Assembly: GCF_910592395.1 (NCBI RefSeq)
Contig: NC_088308.1
Coordinates: forward strand, 1,674,001 to 1,738,000
Direction: 5' to 3'
DNA: 64,000 bases
From: Lineus longissimus
Lineage: Eukaryota
The notes beneath the pieces are model-generated. The model worked only from the letters and a program-made list of their open reading frames with translations. It did not search any database and was not told the origin of the DNA. The position numbers and the translations under genes were made by a program. How positions within the stretch are numbered: the first letter of the stretch is position 1; every line of letters starts with the position of its first letter. Shown here in pieces: positions 13,740 through 27,258 of the stretch.

Positions 13740-15119
13740 GATGACTGGTACCGGAGAATTGATAACTCAATCTGAATGAATAAATTACGGATTACAAAAA
13801 AAATCTTTGCCATAGAATGTTCTTTTTCAGTGGGCTGCTGCAGCTGGTCTTGGTGAAGACTTGAATGATGGAAGCTGCCAGCTGAGTGACAGAAAAGGAT
13901 GGCGAAGGTCTTCAGTAAAAGCATGGTGACGTTCATGTCCATGGACATGGCCATCGGCCATGGTCATCATCAATACGCATACACGTCACCGTCCATGATG
14001 AAGTAGGTTACGTAATTAAGTACATCAAATAATTACCACAGTTTAAAGATAAAGTAATTTCAATGGAATATGCTGCATGACACGAGGGCCTTAACATTAC
14101 AGTAGAAAAGAATCATATTGAATTTGGCTACATCACAGGGCTGGGCCAGGCAGGCTCTGGCTCTGAATCTGATGATGATCATGATGGGGCCGGGGCAGGC
14201 GAGGGGGTTGATCCAGCAGCGGCTGGCAGCAGACTTTTGTCTTGACTCTTGCTTGGCGCTGCTACAGCTTAAAGAGCTGTGGTACAGTCTAGAAGCAGTG
14301 TCATCACTGGCGAAATCGACAAAAGTTTGTGAGGGGCCGAGTTTCGTCCAAAAATAGATCTGTTTACACACTCCTGCATGCACTATGGCAATGGCGTATA
14401 CTATTGCACGTCAACTGGTCATTGTCGGACGTCCGTTCGCCAAGAAAACCAAAGGAATCGAAGGATTCATTGAACTCATCAACACATCATTAGTTTTCAG
14501 TGAAGTGCAACTGTATTCCTAGGTAAATCACTTTGGTATATAGAGAGTAAGATTACAATTAACTCACGTTAAAGTTTGAGTTCCGAGGAGGTAGCGTTGT
14601 CGGTTGTCAGTACGTTGGTTTAGGGGCGCAATAACCTAGCTTATAGCGAGCAATTAGTACACTAAGATTTCAGTGATTAACATAATAGTTGCAAGTATTT
14701 GGCATTTTAGACTCATATTTCGTGCTATAATAACTACGTTGTAAACATAATGCTCAAAATTGATTCATGAAAAAGTTGTTAGGGCAATATCAAGCAAGCA
14801 GTAATGGAAAAAAGTGTAATTCCATTAACTGAATATTGTTTTTAGACACTATAACATTTTAGGCCTACTTTTCCGTAAACCACGAGAACAATGTATGTGA
14901 AAAAAACAACACATATAAGTGAGGCGCCGAGTATACAGTAATTGTAAGGTAAAGAAAAGCTCGGTCTCTAAAGTCTGGAGGTCCGGAGTCCGTAACTGTG
15001 ACGGTCACGAGAGTGGCTTGTCCTTACGGATAGATCGAGAGGGCGGTTTGGGGTTCCGCCGACGGTGCTCGCATGCATTAGTCGTATCCCCGAAACCTTT
15101 ACAACGCGAACAAAGCTGG

Positions 15120-15503
15120 TGGCATCCATGACGGTATAGGAATTGACGGTGAGGTAACAAAAAATCTCGTGGCATCCAATGACGGTGAAGGATCTCGTGG
15201 CATATCGGATGCGCATCCGAAGACGGTAAGGGAATTGACGGTGAAGGATCTCGTGGCATATCGGATGCGCATCCGATGACGGTAATTGAAGGTAAAGGAT
15301 CTCGTGGCATATCGGATGCGCATCCGAAGACGGTAAGGGAATTGACGGTGAAGGATCTCGTGGCATATCGGATGCGCATCCGAAGACGGTAAGGGAATTG
15401 ACGGTGAAGGATCTCGTGGCATATCGGATGCGCATCCGAAGACGGTAAGGGAATTGACGGTAAAGGATCTCGTGGCATATCGGATGCGCATCCGAAGACG
15501 GTT
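15120..15503. repeat. 56-bp minisatellite carrying a perfect 16-bp palindrome
   Basis: Unit gacggtaagggaattgacggtgaaggatctcgtggcatatcggatgcgcatccgaa; palindrome tcggatgcgcatccga at 15205, 15261, 15312, 15368, 15424, 15480; truncated units on the left, (TA)n on the right. Confidence 0.95.
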
Positions 15504-15577
15504 TTATATATATATATATGATATTTATTTTTATGTAAGTGCAAGCTCTAGTGAGCTCACACACGACTGTTTGACAG

Positions 15578-15980
15578 TCGTGGCTGCTCCACCGTGCTGA
15601 CAATATGATGAGAGAGATGAGGCAGTCACAGCCAGGCCGAATCAGTCCTGGCTGCTCGATCGTGTTGACAACATGATGAGAGAGATGAGACAGTCACACC
15701 AAGGTCAAATCAGTCTTGGCTGCTCTGACAAGTTGTCAACATGGTGAGAGAGATGAGGCAGTCGCAGTCAGGCCGAATCAGTCCTGGCTGCTCCGCCGTG
15801 TTGACAATATGGTGAGAGAGATAAGACGGTCACAGCCTGGTCAAATCAGTCTTGGCTGCTCTGACAAGTTGTCAACATGGTGAGAGAGATGAGACAGTCA
15901 CAGCCAGGCCGAATCAGTCCTGGCTGCACCACCGTGTTGACAATATGGTGAGAGAGATGAGACGGTCACAACCAGGCCAG
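15578..15980. repeat. ~68-bp tandem repeat, about six copies, alternating between two variants
   Basis: gagagagat core recurs every ~68-70 bp; units alternate ggccgaatcagtcctggctg and ggtcaaatcagtcttggctg. Confidence 0.9.
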
Positions 15981-16921
15981 GTTTAAAGCACATATCAATA
16001 TCAAAAGAATCATTTAATTTATAAAGACAATGTATCTTTTCAAATCTAGATACATGAGGAATTTCTTTGATATATCTACTATGACATCTACTCTGATATA
16101 CTTCTAAATATCATACCATAGAAGAGCTATCATTACAAGAAAATATCAGAATGTCCAAAATGGAGCGACTGGAGACGAGACCTCCAGATGCCCATCCTGA
16201 GATCAGCTATACATTATATTCCTATACCTCCTACCCCCAGTGCGACCAGCTCTATCTCCTAGTTACCTCCACTGGTTATGTCAGGATGCCAGATGCCCGG
16301 AGCGACGGGAGATGGAACGCCGAGCACCTCGAGATCCTCGGAGTAACTTGAGGCGACACCGACCGTTTTCAGGTTCAGATGCTCAGAGCGAGACTGTCCC
16401 AGATGGACGCCACGCGAACATCAGGAGATGCTCGTTGGGACTCGAGACAAGGGTGGCACTCTGCCGCGAAGCATTGCACGAACATTAAGACGCCATATGA
16501 TCTGAAGTCAGTTTTATTAGATGAAGAGAGGTAAAACAACCATCACAGAGCTATAACATGAATAACTATCATAACATTGTTGAGAAGTCATGAAGGTAAA
16601 AAATAAAATACATAAAAGTGGATTACATTCATAGCCTGATTATACGATGATCCATTGCGCATCAGCTGCCAATAGGCTACGTGATGGCATCTAATCCATT
16701 ATAAATTTTTACATCCAGTCATGTAATAATACATGTATATATTATCTACACATCGACATTTTTTTAAACAATTAATGGACCGAGACACCCCCTCCCCGGT
16801 ATCATCTTGTTCCTTGTTCTTGTTCCAATCAATATGACGAGTTGATGTCTATATCTATCACAGGGGTTTGCCAGAAGAAAAGGCTCACTGAGCATCGGAC
16901 GACGGGCGGTCGACCTATACT

Positions 16922-18489
16922 TCAATAAGCTGTAGGTAAATTCGGATAGGCTACCATTGGTTGTGGAGCGGAACCATCAGCTATTGGTTGTGAGTAGTCC
17001 GTACTGTAATTTGTGTTGTACCCATACGCCGGTTGTGTACTCGCATCATGTGGTTGAGCAGCACTGTACACTACTGGTTGGCCATGGAGTGTGGCAAGCT
17101 CAACTGGTTGAGTACCAAAGGGTGCAGGTTGGGTACCATAGGGAGCAGGATTGGTAGGCTGGTTTCCAGGTACAGCACTAGTAGTAGTCATAAGAATCTG
17201 ACCATTTGCTCCAACGACAGCCAATCCTCCCCCAGCTTGATTTGTCACTCTCAAAGTTTGACCATTCTGTCCAACCACAGCTGTCCCAGGAGCCACTATT
17301 GCTTCTTGCTGAAAAACCGATAGAAGAGAGATAAGCTTTCTCATGGCCGACTACCATCTTGTCTTATCCCTGCGAGTAACCTCGCATCTTCAACTCTCCT
17401 TTAACTCATTGCCAGCAAAAATTGGCTTCCAAATCGCCTGTCATTCACGCCTTGAGCACTGCATGGAGAGGTTCTAATAGTACACCAGGTATTGCGCTTG
17501 CATTAGTTGTCATTTGGTGTCAGTCACTGATCCTTTGGAGACGAAGGAATATGAGTGTTGTGAGTACACAGAGAGTCGACAAACTATACATTGAGATTCG
17601 GTTTCGCCATACATAAATGTGACTGATTTGATGTCGTAAAATTGAATCGCAAAATCGCATGGTCCAACACCAGTTTGGTATGAGGATCCACTCATGAATG
17701 AGATGTCGATGCCGGGTTAAAATCATTCCCTTTCGGGATTCACGCCAGAGAAAGCCGTCCTCTCATATTGTTTGTAGTGATGGTATAGTCTCATCGAGAT
17801 GAAAATGATTAAAATCTAAAACATGACTTATACCTACCTGGGCCTGGGCATGAAGTCTGTTCTGTGCTTGTAGCTGTTTGTAAAAGATAGTCACCAGAAC
17901 CGCGCCAATTATACACATCAGGCCCCCGACGCTCAGGAGGCAGATACCGACTGTCAAGTCGGATTGCAGGAGACTGGAATAGATGCACGAAAGGTTGATG
18001 ATTCCTTTTGAAAGGATAGCCCAGCCGACTCTGGTAGGCCTTTTATTCATCCTGTGGATTAAAGCTCACAAGTTTTGTCAGCCTGACATCGATCGATCGG
18101 AGGTCTCGTCAAAAATATTGACGGATTGAACGGATTTATATGACACTTAACAGGGGATCGAATCCGTCGTTTGCATCTCGACATAATTATACTGCGTGCG
18201 AGTTGAGGTACACAAGTACGACATCCCCTTTCTTCATTGTCACGACACTGGCGGATACTGTCGTTGATTGGTGTCATGATTTCTGTTACAGGAATACTTA
18301 CTCGTAGGAAATTAAGAACACACCAGCAATGAGAAGGCAAACACCAACACTGAGGAGAATCACTCCGCTGCAGACTTTACTTCCAGCAACTGTGAATCGC
18401 CGCCCTCCATATCCAGTCCGGCGGCCATGGTGGAGACCGCCGTGACGGCGACCGCCTTGATGGCGGCGTCTTTTAGATCCGCTTCCCAT
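16922..18489 (-). CDS. Small two-TM protein, paralogue 2
   Basis: Exons 18489-18302 (MGSGSKRRRHQGGRRHGGLHHGRR...VCSGVILLSVGVCLLIAGVFLISY), 17973-17838 (LTVGICLLSVGGLMCIIGAVLVTIFYK), 17308-16922 (NPAPYGTQPAPFGTQP...YPNLPTAY*). GT-AG, phases 2 and 0. Confidence 0.85.
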
Positions 18490-20668
18490 CTGCTATGTAA
18501 TGCGTTGAATCTGAAAAAGAAGGATGACTAAGAAACAAAAGAAACTTACCGGTATACATGAATATCGACGAACAAGTAGATTTGCATAAAATTTATTCAC
18601 GTGAGGAACCGAAATAAAATGGACCGTGATAGTTGATTGCGAATGCGATTTTGGCCCGTGGTTATAGCAGTTTAGAAAACATCCCCCTGGAAAAGGTGTC
18701 CAATCCAATTATTCTGACGTATGGTGGTAAATACATGGTTCTATTGAGAGTCCATGACTCTCAATATATCCGAGATTAAAGTGCATAGTATATGAAATCC
18801 TTTCTTCCCCGGACATTATATCCTCTACTTCACATTTCAAACTTCTACACCGCACTGGTAAAAAGTGAATACTACTGACCTTTGTTCCTCAGGATGGCAT
18901 ATACATAAATTATCTACGTCGAGGCCTATCTTAAAATTCCAATAGATAACACTTCGAATAATTAACACAATCGAATAACGTTCCACAACCCTACTCGTGC
19001 GATACTAGATTCTAAACTGGGAAAAGAGCTATGTACAAGTCAAAAATGTCTGCAAAATGTTTTTGTTTGAAAATCATATGGTTGTGGCACTAAATAGGGC
19101 CTAACTTAAAGAGTCGATCAAATATATTGTACATAGGGGTTTTTATTACAAGGTCATATTTACATGAGCGTTCGTTCAATGTGTTGTGAATGTAAGCAAG
19201 CACGCAATTACCGAATACCGGTAAATTAAGAATTCGCTTCGTTTGACCCTTGTATGACGTCAGCGTTGTTGACTGACGCAAGGGTAAAACCATTTACAAA
19301 ACTACTTAAGTACATAAAAAATGTATGATCATGACGTATGTAACTGCTTTCGGATGTTCGAGACCATAAGCCGTTTCGAGGGCAGCATCCGCCTCGTGAA
19401 CGGGAGAACGAAGAGACCCACGGCTGCGGCCTATTGGTCATTCTGCGCACCAATGGTTGTCAATATACTCCGCCTCTCGCCATTTCAAACCTGTTGGTTG
19501 GCGGAAACTCACGTCTTCGCGCAAAACTCCTCGCAACAGAGACAGGAGATTGGAAGAAAAAGTGTCTCGGAAGGCAGTGTCTGCTGAATCGTCCTTTTAT
19601 TAGCGGTGACACCACAAAAAACATATATTAGCCTACATTTATACGCACAGTAGTTTATTCTCACGAAAAAACAAAATACATAGATGTACGGCAGGTACAG
19701 TACGCATAAAATTATACAATATAATCGAATCAGACTTAAAAAAATGATAAAATGTTCCATTACATTTATGAATATAGATGTACACGTACATGCAAGTCAA
19801 ATAGATGAATTCGTCTCGTGCATCACTCAAGTGTTGTCTATGATCGATAAAAGGCTACACGGTTCTTGTAACACAAAATCTACATAAGATAAAAGGTCAC
19901 TTGATGCGTAGGCTATAGAGCAAAATCAACAACGCAATACTTTAGACTGTTCCCATCTCCTATATTGTCATCACAGCACTTTTCAGTTTGAGAAAATGGT
20001 CTCCCGCCCTCTGAAAATACGGCAACGCCCATTTGTTATGTGTTACCATGTCAGATCCTTTCAGCACTTCAGAAGGTGTCCACCTCCCGTACATGATACA
20101 CGCACGTCATATGACGCCTGTCAGTACTGACAGTACAATGAAAACATGCGATTGAGTGTGTTTTTGTGACAAAAACATTCATTGATACAATCATGGCTAG
20201 TGTCAATAACTGGTATTTCCCTGAGTGAAGATTACAGCCGTGATTGTTGCGGGCACTAGCTCAGACTGCTTCATACATTCCTCTAGTAGCCATCTCGTAT
20301 GTCGGAGGGGGCGCAGTCAAACTGAATTTAAAAGAAAGACAAATCAACTAAACACTTATAAGGTCCTGGTGTCGCAGCGTGAACACTGCGCACAATTAAC
20401 ACAGGGATTCAAAACATTACCGTTGAATGGTAATGATTTGGTCTTTACTGATAGATGTAATTTGACACCATGTAACCCAAGCATAAACATAATCTCGCAC
20501 TGGTGTACCCGGCTCGCGCCCCATGCACCGTAAGACGTGACCAGACAAAGAGGCAACGAAACGAGCCACTCTGTAGATGGGAACATTACGAAACACCGAA
20601 GACCGCGTCTTCTCTCCGTGTAACAAGCATAGACCTCAGTCCTATGACTCAGAGGGTCACTGGTATAC

Positions 20669-21885
20669 TCACTCTGGTGGTTCAGTATGAGGATACCCAT
20701 CACCGGATAGGGGATACCCATCACCGGATACGGGGTACCCATCAACGGATACGGGGCACTCATTACTGGTTGCGGGGTACCCATCACTGGTTTCGGGATA
20801 TGTCATTTCTAAGTCCATTATGGTACCATCCAGCTCATAGGGATCCGGTGCAGTTGGTTCAACATCAGGCTCAAGCGGAATTTCAAATGCTACGCCGCCT
20901 GTCGAGTAAACCATCTGCAAGCTCTCTCCGTCCATCTCAACCACCGTCGAATCGACAGGCTCTGCATCGGCCGTTTCCTGAAGACAAATCAGAGACAGAC
21001 AGAATAGACCCCTAAATTCCAATCTGAGCTGGTCAGTGATGTGAATGGTTGTGATCCTAAAACGAGTCTTGGCCCGAGAGTAGGTGCTCTCTTCAGCCTC
21101 TGTTGGTGTCGCCACACAGCGACCTTGGTGGAAAAGCGCTGATAGAAACAAGCTTTTCGCAGTTGGAGACAATGTACTTACGCTATTAACAACTTGACCA
21201 TAACGTCGTACTCACCGTGCATGGTGTTTCTGCAGTGCTCTTTTTTATACAACAGCAACAAATAATTCCAACTGCCATTAGCAAAAGAGAAATGGATAAG
21301 ACGATTGGACCAACAATTTGAAGATTTCTGGAAAAGAGATGTCTCAACAATTAACAAAATAATTGATAGTCAGGCTCGTTTTGGGTCCCTTAAGACTATA
21401 ACCAAAAACACATTACTTCAAACTTCATAATTTGTTTTCCTATTGCTTAAATCTGTCGCCATAAAAAGACAAGGACACTTGATGTTCGAATCAACTATAG
21501 GTGTTGTTCGAACCTGGCCTTAACACGTGGCATGTTCACTGACTTACTCTACATCTGAATATCCTATGCCAGTCAGCACCGCGCCAGGAATGAATGCCAT
21601 CATGCCAAGAACAAACAGACACGACTGTAGACAAGGTGGGCCGGCTGATCCACGAACACTGCCCCCTCCTCCACCACCAGTCCGACGGCGTCTTCTATTT
21701 CTGCGGGCTCCAAAACCAAATCGTCGGCGTCCGAAACCGACGCCATGTTGATGATGACCAACGTGTCGATGGTGGTGACCGACGCCGTGGCGGTGGTGAC
21801 CGACGCCGTGGCGGTGGCCGATATGTGTCCGTTTCTTGGCTCTGCGCCTTGGTCTGGCCCGGCGACGCCCTCCGCGCCTTGGCAT
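20669..21885 (-). CDS. Small two-TM protein, paralogue 3
   Basis: Exons 21885-21548 (MPRRGGRRRARPRRR...HRHGVGHHRHGVGHH...CLFVLGMMAFIPGAVLTGIGY), 21327-21216 (NLQIVGPIVLSISLLLMAVGIICCCCIKK; absent from the ORF track), 20977-20669 (acidic tail with DGYP repeats). GT-AG, phases 2 and 0. Confidence 0.85.
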
Positions 21886-23345
21886 CACTCAAATCGTGTC
21901 CTCCCTGCAAAATGTAACTTCAAGAGAATTTTGGTGGCAAACCATGCATTTTGAAGCTTCATTGGTTAGAATCAATACAATGCTGATGGAGAAGCAGGGA
22001 CGGGAGTGTCAATTCATGGATATAGCCTTGGCAGCTAGGAGGACATTACTAGTTAGCTCCTGACCTTTGTAAACAGCTTATTTACTCAAGACGACCACAC
22101 TGGTGGTACGGGGGCCCCTATCGGCGAATTAGTGCAACTTAATCTGACTTACCTGGCTCCTGCGTCGACTCTCTGTAATAATAAGCCGTTAAAACTTGGA
22201 ATTGAAATACATGCAGAAATTGGACGGGTTTTACCTTAGGTTTTACTCATCAAAACCCCTTGCTTGAAAACGATGGCCCTTTAGCTTTATACTCAGTATT
22301 GACCCTTCTTTTCGGTTGGGTGGGTCCAGTATAGAAAATACATTGGACGTGCATGGACAGCTTGAGTGCGCCACTCATTGGTAACACATCTTGACAAAGA
22401 AGGACGTGTACATGTACGGTAGAAAGGGGTATTTGTAGCCTCGGTTTATTTGTAGCTCTGGCATTGTTTGATGCATAGGGATATCAGTCAATAGCATATG
22501 CAGGGCTACAATTTACCACATTCTACCTTATTACTTCAGTATAGCAAACTCAGATATCCTATAATAAACTCATAGCTTACCTTGATTGCAGGGAAAGGAG
22601 TATTTGTCCTCACTTTGATCCTTTACATTCATGCATAGTGTTGAGAATAACTTTGGCCTACATTAAGGCTCACTAATGATCATGGCAGTGATGGATACTA
22701 TTATACACTCGTAGGTCTATGTATTAGAATGATGTAACTGTTAGGCCCCTAACGAGTCCATTGGGAATTATGCTTAGCGTTTTGTATTGGAAAGGGCCTG
22801 ATCGGCGACCATATTCTTGTTTGAATGCCAGCAGACCGTCAACCAGTCTACGTCATGTATAATAATTAGGCCGACTATATCACGTTCACTTACGACGGCA
22901 TCAACATCAACAATTCCCACTCAGACTCGTATACTGGTGATGCCGCCTCGCTTTTCTGGCGGACATCTTTCCCCTTTACGATTTTGGCACGATTGAGTAG
23001 GCCAAACAATTTTTAATCAAGTTAGCTCAACTGGGTTTTTTTTATGCTACGTTGGATTATTAACAACTAATTGGGAACGTTGCGACTATTGGTTCAATTT
23101 GTACGTTTTCTTGCCACAAACAATAGATTCTGATCTACTATTTCCATGCCATGCTTTTGATTATGATTCACGGTTTCGTTATTATGCAATGCAACTTTAA
23201 TCCAAAGTACATTTTCTTGCCACAAGCTTCTCCTTTGGGTTATGATCCAGTGTGACTTTTATGCCACGACCACTGTTGTGTTTTGTATCTTATAGATGTT
23301 GATCCACTGTTTCTTTTTCACCGTCCTTTAATGTCACTTGTTATC

Positions 23346-25756
23346 TTACACAATGTCATTGCTTTTCGTCGCTTCGTTCCAATGATCTGCAAGTTGTTGT
23401 TCGTGCGACTTTGCCAAGGGCTTGTGGTAGAGATCAGAGATTGCAAAAACCTAAAGAAATTTAAAGAATGAATGTATTGAATAAAAGTTTGTTTCAGTTT
23501 TGTTTTGTTACATCTTAGAGTAGCAAGCCTCTGAGGTTACATTGGTGAGACCCCAGTCTGCCTTGTAAGGAGAAATCCAACAAAAAAGGTCACCTACTAA
23601 CCGAGACCTTTCCACCAAAACAGACTCGTCGCCCAAGCTGGCATCACTGTGACAAATTCATACAAAAGGCAGATTGTTTGCACAAGCCTAGCCCCTGGTA
23701 CCGTTCTTACAACGTTGGTTATTACAACATGTAGAAACCTTGTGAGGATGTCGCATATATCGTGGCGTAGGCACGACCTTGGTGTGAACAGGTCTTTGAA
23801 AATGTAACATGATCGTTGTTTACCATGACGCTGGCGATGCCGAATCCGAGAAGACTCCCAGCCAATACATCACTCCAATGGTGCATGTTGTCTACAACCC
23901 TTGTCACCGCCACGTAGATACCAAGGAACATGACAACGGACTGGATGAGATGTTTCAGTATCATGACAACATTCTCCCATTGTAACCTGGCTTGCATGTA
24001 AAGCTTGAAATAAATAATGCTAGTATAGGCCAAATAAATCATGTCGGTACTTAAAAACATTCCATTTTTACAAAGTTTTTAAAGGTAAAACTTCAGTAAA
24101 GACACTTGTAGGTTACCATGCAGGGACGAAAGAGCAAGAAACTTGTCAAATTCTTTAACTAAGCCAGTGACAGGGACCCCAGCGGCAAAAGGGGGAAAAC
24201 GCGCCGTTTTCACAGGCGTAAATGAGCTTCAAGGTAAAACGTAATGGCTCAGCAATTGTGACAAACTGCAGATGCCTGTGAAAGCGGAGAAACCGCGGCG
24301 GTAAACCACTTAGTTGAACCAAGAAACTCCCAGATTAGGCTAGGTTGAAGCGGATCGTTTTACTTACCATGACATAGGTAGCGGTGTAGACTGCGAGCGA
24401 GGCATGACCAGATGGAAACGACAATCTGAAAGGATTGTTGTCATTCTTATGCAGGTGATCCATCGGCTTCCTGCAGCGTTCCTGACAAGTTCCCAAGAAA
24501 GTTGCCGATTGCTTTCGGGAACGCATCAGGAAGGAAGCCGGGTGGGAAAGATAAGTCGTCAAAGGAAAGCAACCAACATTACCCTTTCTCAGTGAAGGTC
24601 ACATTTTTGTGAATTGGCATACATTTGTATAACGTTACAATGCTATACGATACATGGACATTCGTTTTAGAATACAGGTTGGCCTTCTGGCGATATGTAG
24701 TTATTGCCCACACCACATCACAGGCGCAGATCAAAGGGAGGGGCATCTGAAGACGCCCCCCCCCCACCCCCACCCCCTCATAATTCATGAACATCTTTGA
24801 ATTTGACCATGAAACTTTTGGACACACAAGAAGTTTTGCTGAGAAATACAGTACCCGCCCCTCTTTCTTTCCTGCATCACGAAGTACACATAGATAATAA
24901 CACGATTGGCAACGAGAGTAGTGTCTGTGTAGATTACTCCAAGCTGCTATACTACATGCATAGCCAAAACCCTACCTTGCTTCCAGAATCTTGTCAACCT
25001 CCTTTCCAGTGCAATTATAATCATCAACAAAACCACTGCAGTTGAAAACACTCCAATTCGGCTTGCACACATCAAAGAAGTGCGGCCTCATACGCCCTGT
25101 AACGTTTTTAAATATAAAAGTAACTGCCATACAGACAGCAGCGCCGAAGATAAAGATACCAAAATAACGGTATATCCCGAGGAATAGACCGTTAAGCTTG
25201 CAGCAGCAAAGAGGAGGGCTTGGCGGTGAGGCAATCTTTCTGGTAAACTTGAAGAAGACAATCAATTCAATAACCACCACCTGAAAGTATTCATGAACAA
25301 TATAACAAATCAGTTCGGGAGGCATCAACATGTGTCGATATAGCCTACAACAGCAACAACTTAGGCATTTCAGTTGTTTTTGAACAGAATTTGATACCAA
25401 ATTGCAGATTCTAGCCATGGTTGTCCCATCAAACATCGCTCGGTTGGAGCCGGGACATTTCGCCCGTGAGCTCGGTGAGAGAGACGGCCGGTTTCCATAC
25501 AACCCTCGCGGTGTTCGCTGAGACGACCAATACTACCATTTTGGCATTAGTTTCTTAATCATCTTCGAATTCTAGACCCAACCGGCAAATCTTCGTTTAC
25601 TTACCGCGAGAATCACCATTCCAAAGCAACCACCAGTGAGCATACCAGTTGAGACAGTGGTTTCTTTGTAAGGATACATGATACTCTGATCATTGCAGAA
25701 GAAACCCCGTCGGTACGGGGACGGGCGAGACCGCAGTATTATAATCGGCAAGATGG
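23346..25756 (-). CDS. Phospholipid phosphatase (PAP2 / lipid phosphate phosphatase, PLPP1-3/wunen-like); first exon not located
   Basis: Exons 25756-25605, 25280-24976, 24425-24368, 24003-23824, 23450-23346 (TAA) splice in frame. Catalytic motifs C1 KNVTGRMRPHF, C2 SFPSGH, C3 TRVVDNMHHWSD, plus N-terminal RGFFCNDQSIMYPY. Confidence 0.93.
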
Positions 25757-27182
25757 CTGAAAGCAAGACGACAGGTATTCGATGATGAGATTTGACACTC
25801 AATCCAGCGGACAGATTTCCTGACCACACCGGTTGATTGATCGAAAGAACTTTACTCTAGTTTCGTCGATCTAAGACCAATTCATTTAATGTTAATCAAA
25901 TATTAAACATCAACACAAATGTCAAGCTGGAACAAGACTTCATGATCATCTGACAACCTGGTGTCGCCACACGTCCTTTGAAATGGAACATTTTGAGCGG
26001 ATTCAAACGACCAAAATATGCATGATTTCTTATGTTTTATGAATATGCAGAGACGGTTTTAGGGTATATATTTATGATGCCGGGTTCTGGAATGTCTTTA
26101 AAAGCCTACCTAGACTGTAGCAAATAGCATCGATCACAATTCGTAGGATCAATCTGGATTGATTGGAGATTGCCATGGTGTATTTCCCATCCGCCACAGT
26201 GATCGAACCCTTGCAGAACCACAGAGAACTAGTCCCAAAATACCACACAGCTTGCAGCGATAATGTCGTTTAGCCGAATAACGCTGACCATGGTGGCAAA
26301 CAATACATTTGACCTAGAATAGTATCACAGTGGACCATTATGCTTAAGATAATTATTATTCAAAACGAAATTTAGATATATCACTCTCATTTAATGTGTA
26401 TATACGTATTATCAAAAACGACATGTCGACAAAGACTATAGTTTTTTATTGATATACAATATATATTCGCATGCATGGGACTCCCTCACACCGGACTGCG
26501 GTTTAAAATGATTCTTCCTTTTCAACCAGGTGGCGTCAGTATATAGGCCCGCGAGTTTTTGACATGGGGAGGGGAAGTGCCGGTTTTGGCCTCCATCAGT
26601 ACAAAGCACGGGCAGTTTCTGAAGAGCTAGTTGATTTCCTGTAGTTTGAATCTTGTCAGACAAAAGTGCGGTAGAAAGTTCATGAGAAGAAACATGCCTC
26701 GCATTGGAGCCTTGCGCATGGAATATAGACCTGGTCGCCTGTATGATGTGGTGGGCTGACACTGAGATGCTGATTTGCCGCTAAAGAAGATAAGGAGAGG
26801 TAAGACAATTTGTCATGTGCAACATCTATTGTAAGCTATGAACACATGTCATGAGCGACACCTACTGTTGTGCAGAACCCAAGTACTATAGCCTCGTGGG
26901 GTATAACTAAGATCCCTGAGGAACATACGGGACTACTTGCGATGTCAACAACTTGGGGGGGGGGGGGGTCAAGATCCATCGGTCCATGTATTGCACCAGA
27001 TACCGTACATAGAAACCGTAGACAATGGATAGAAAGGAGACGCATTATAATGAAAACCACAACACCAGCGATCTACACGTACCCCACCCAATTTCAGGGA
27101 CAGTGATGAATATTTCATAATGTGCAACAGTAATTTTGTCACCGCAGTTGGTAAGCTTATTCTACTTAGTCACCACATTTCT

Positions 27183-27258
27183 ATTGGTAAGCTTTTTCTG
27201 TCTAAGTGCTAGCTGATTGATATTGGTAAGCTTTTTCTGTCCAAGTGCTAGCTGATTG
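27183..27258. repeat. Short direct duplication (~39 bp x2)
   Basis: attggtaagctttttctgtc[t/c]aagtgctagctgattg occurs twice in tandem. Confidence 0.8.

Noticed and set aside
13733..14383. Short ORFs and a His-rich patch upstream of paralogue 1
   Set aside because: No consistent splice path or recognisable product.
14968..15603. 130-211-aa ORFs in three minus frames
   Set aside because: By-product of the stop-free 56-bp minisatellite.
16151..16488. GC-richer patch with LEILGVT, faintly like a LINE reverse-transcriptase motif
   Set aside because: One short motif with broken frames; not enough to call.
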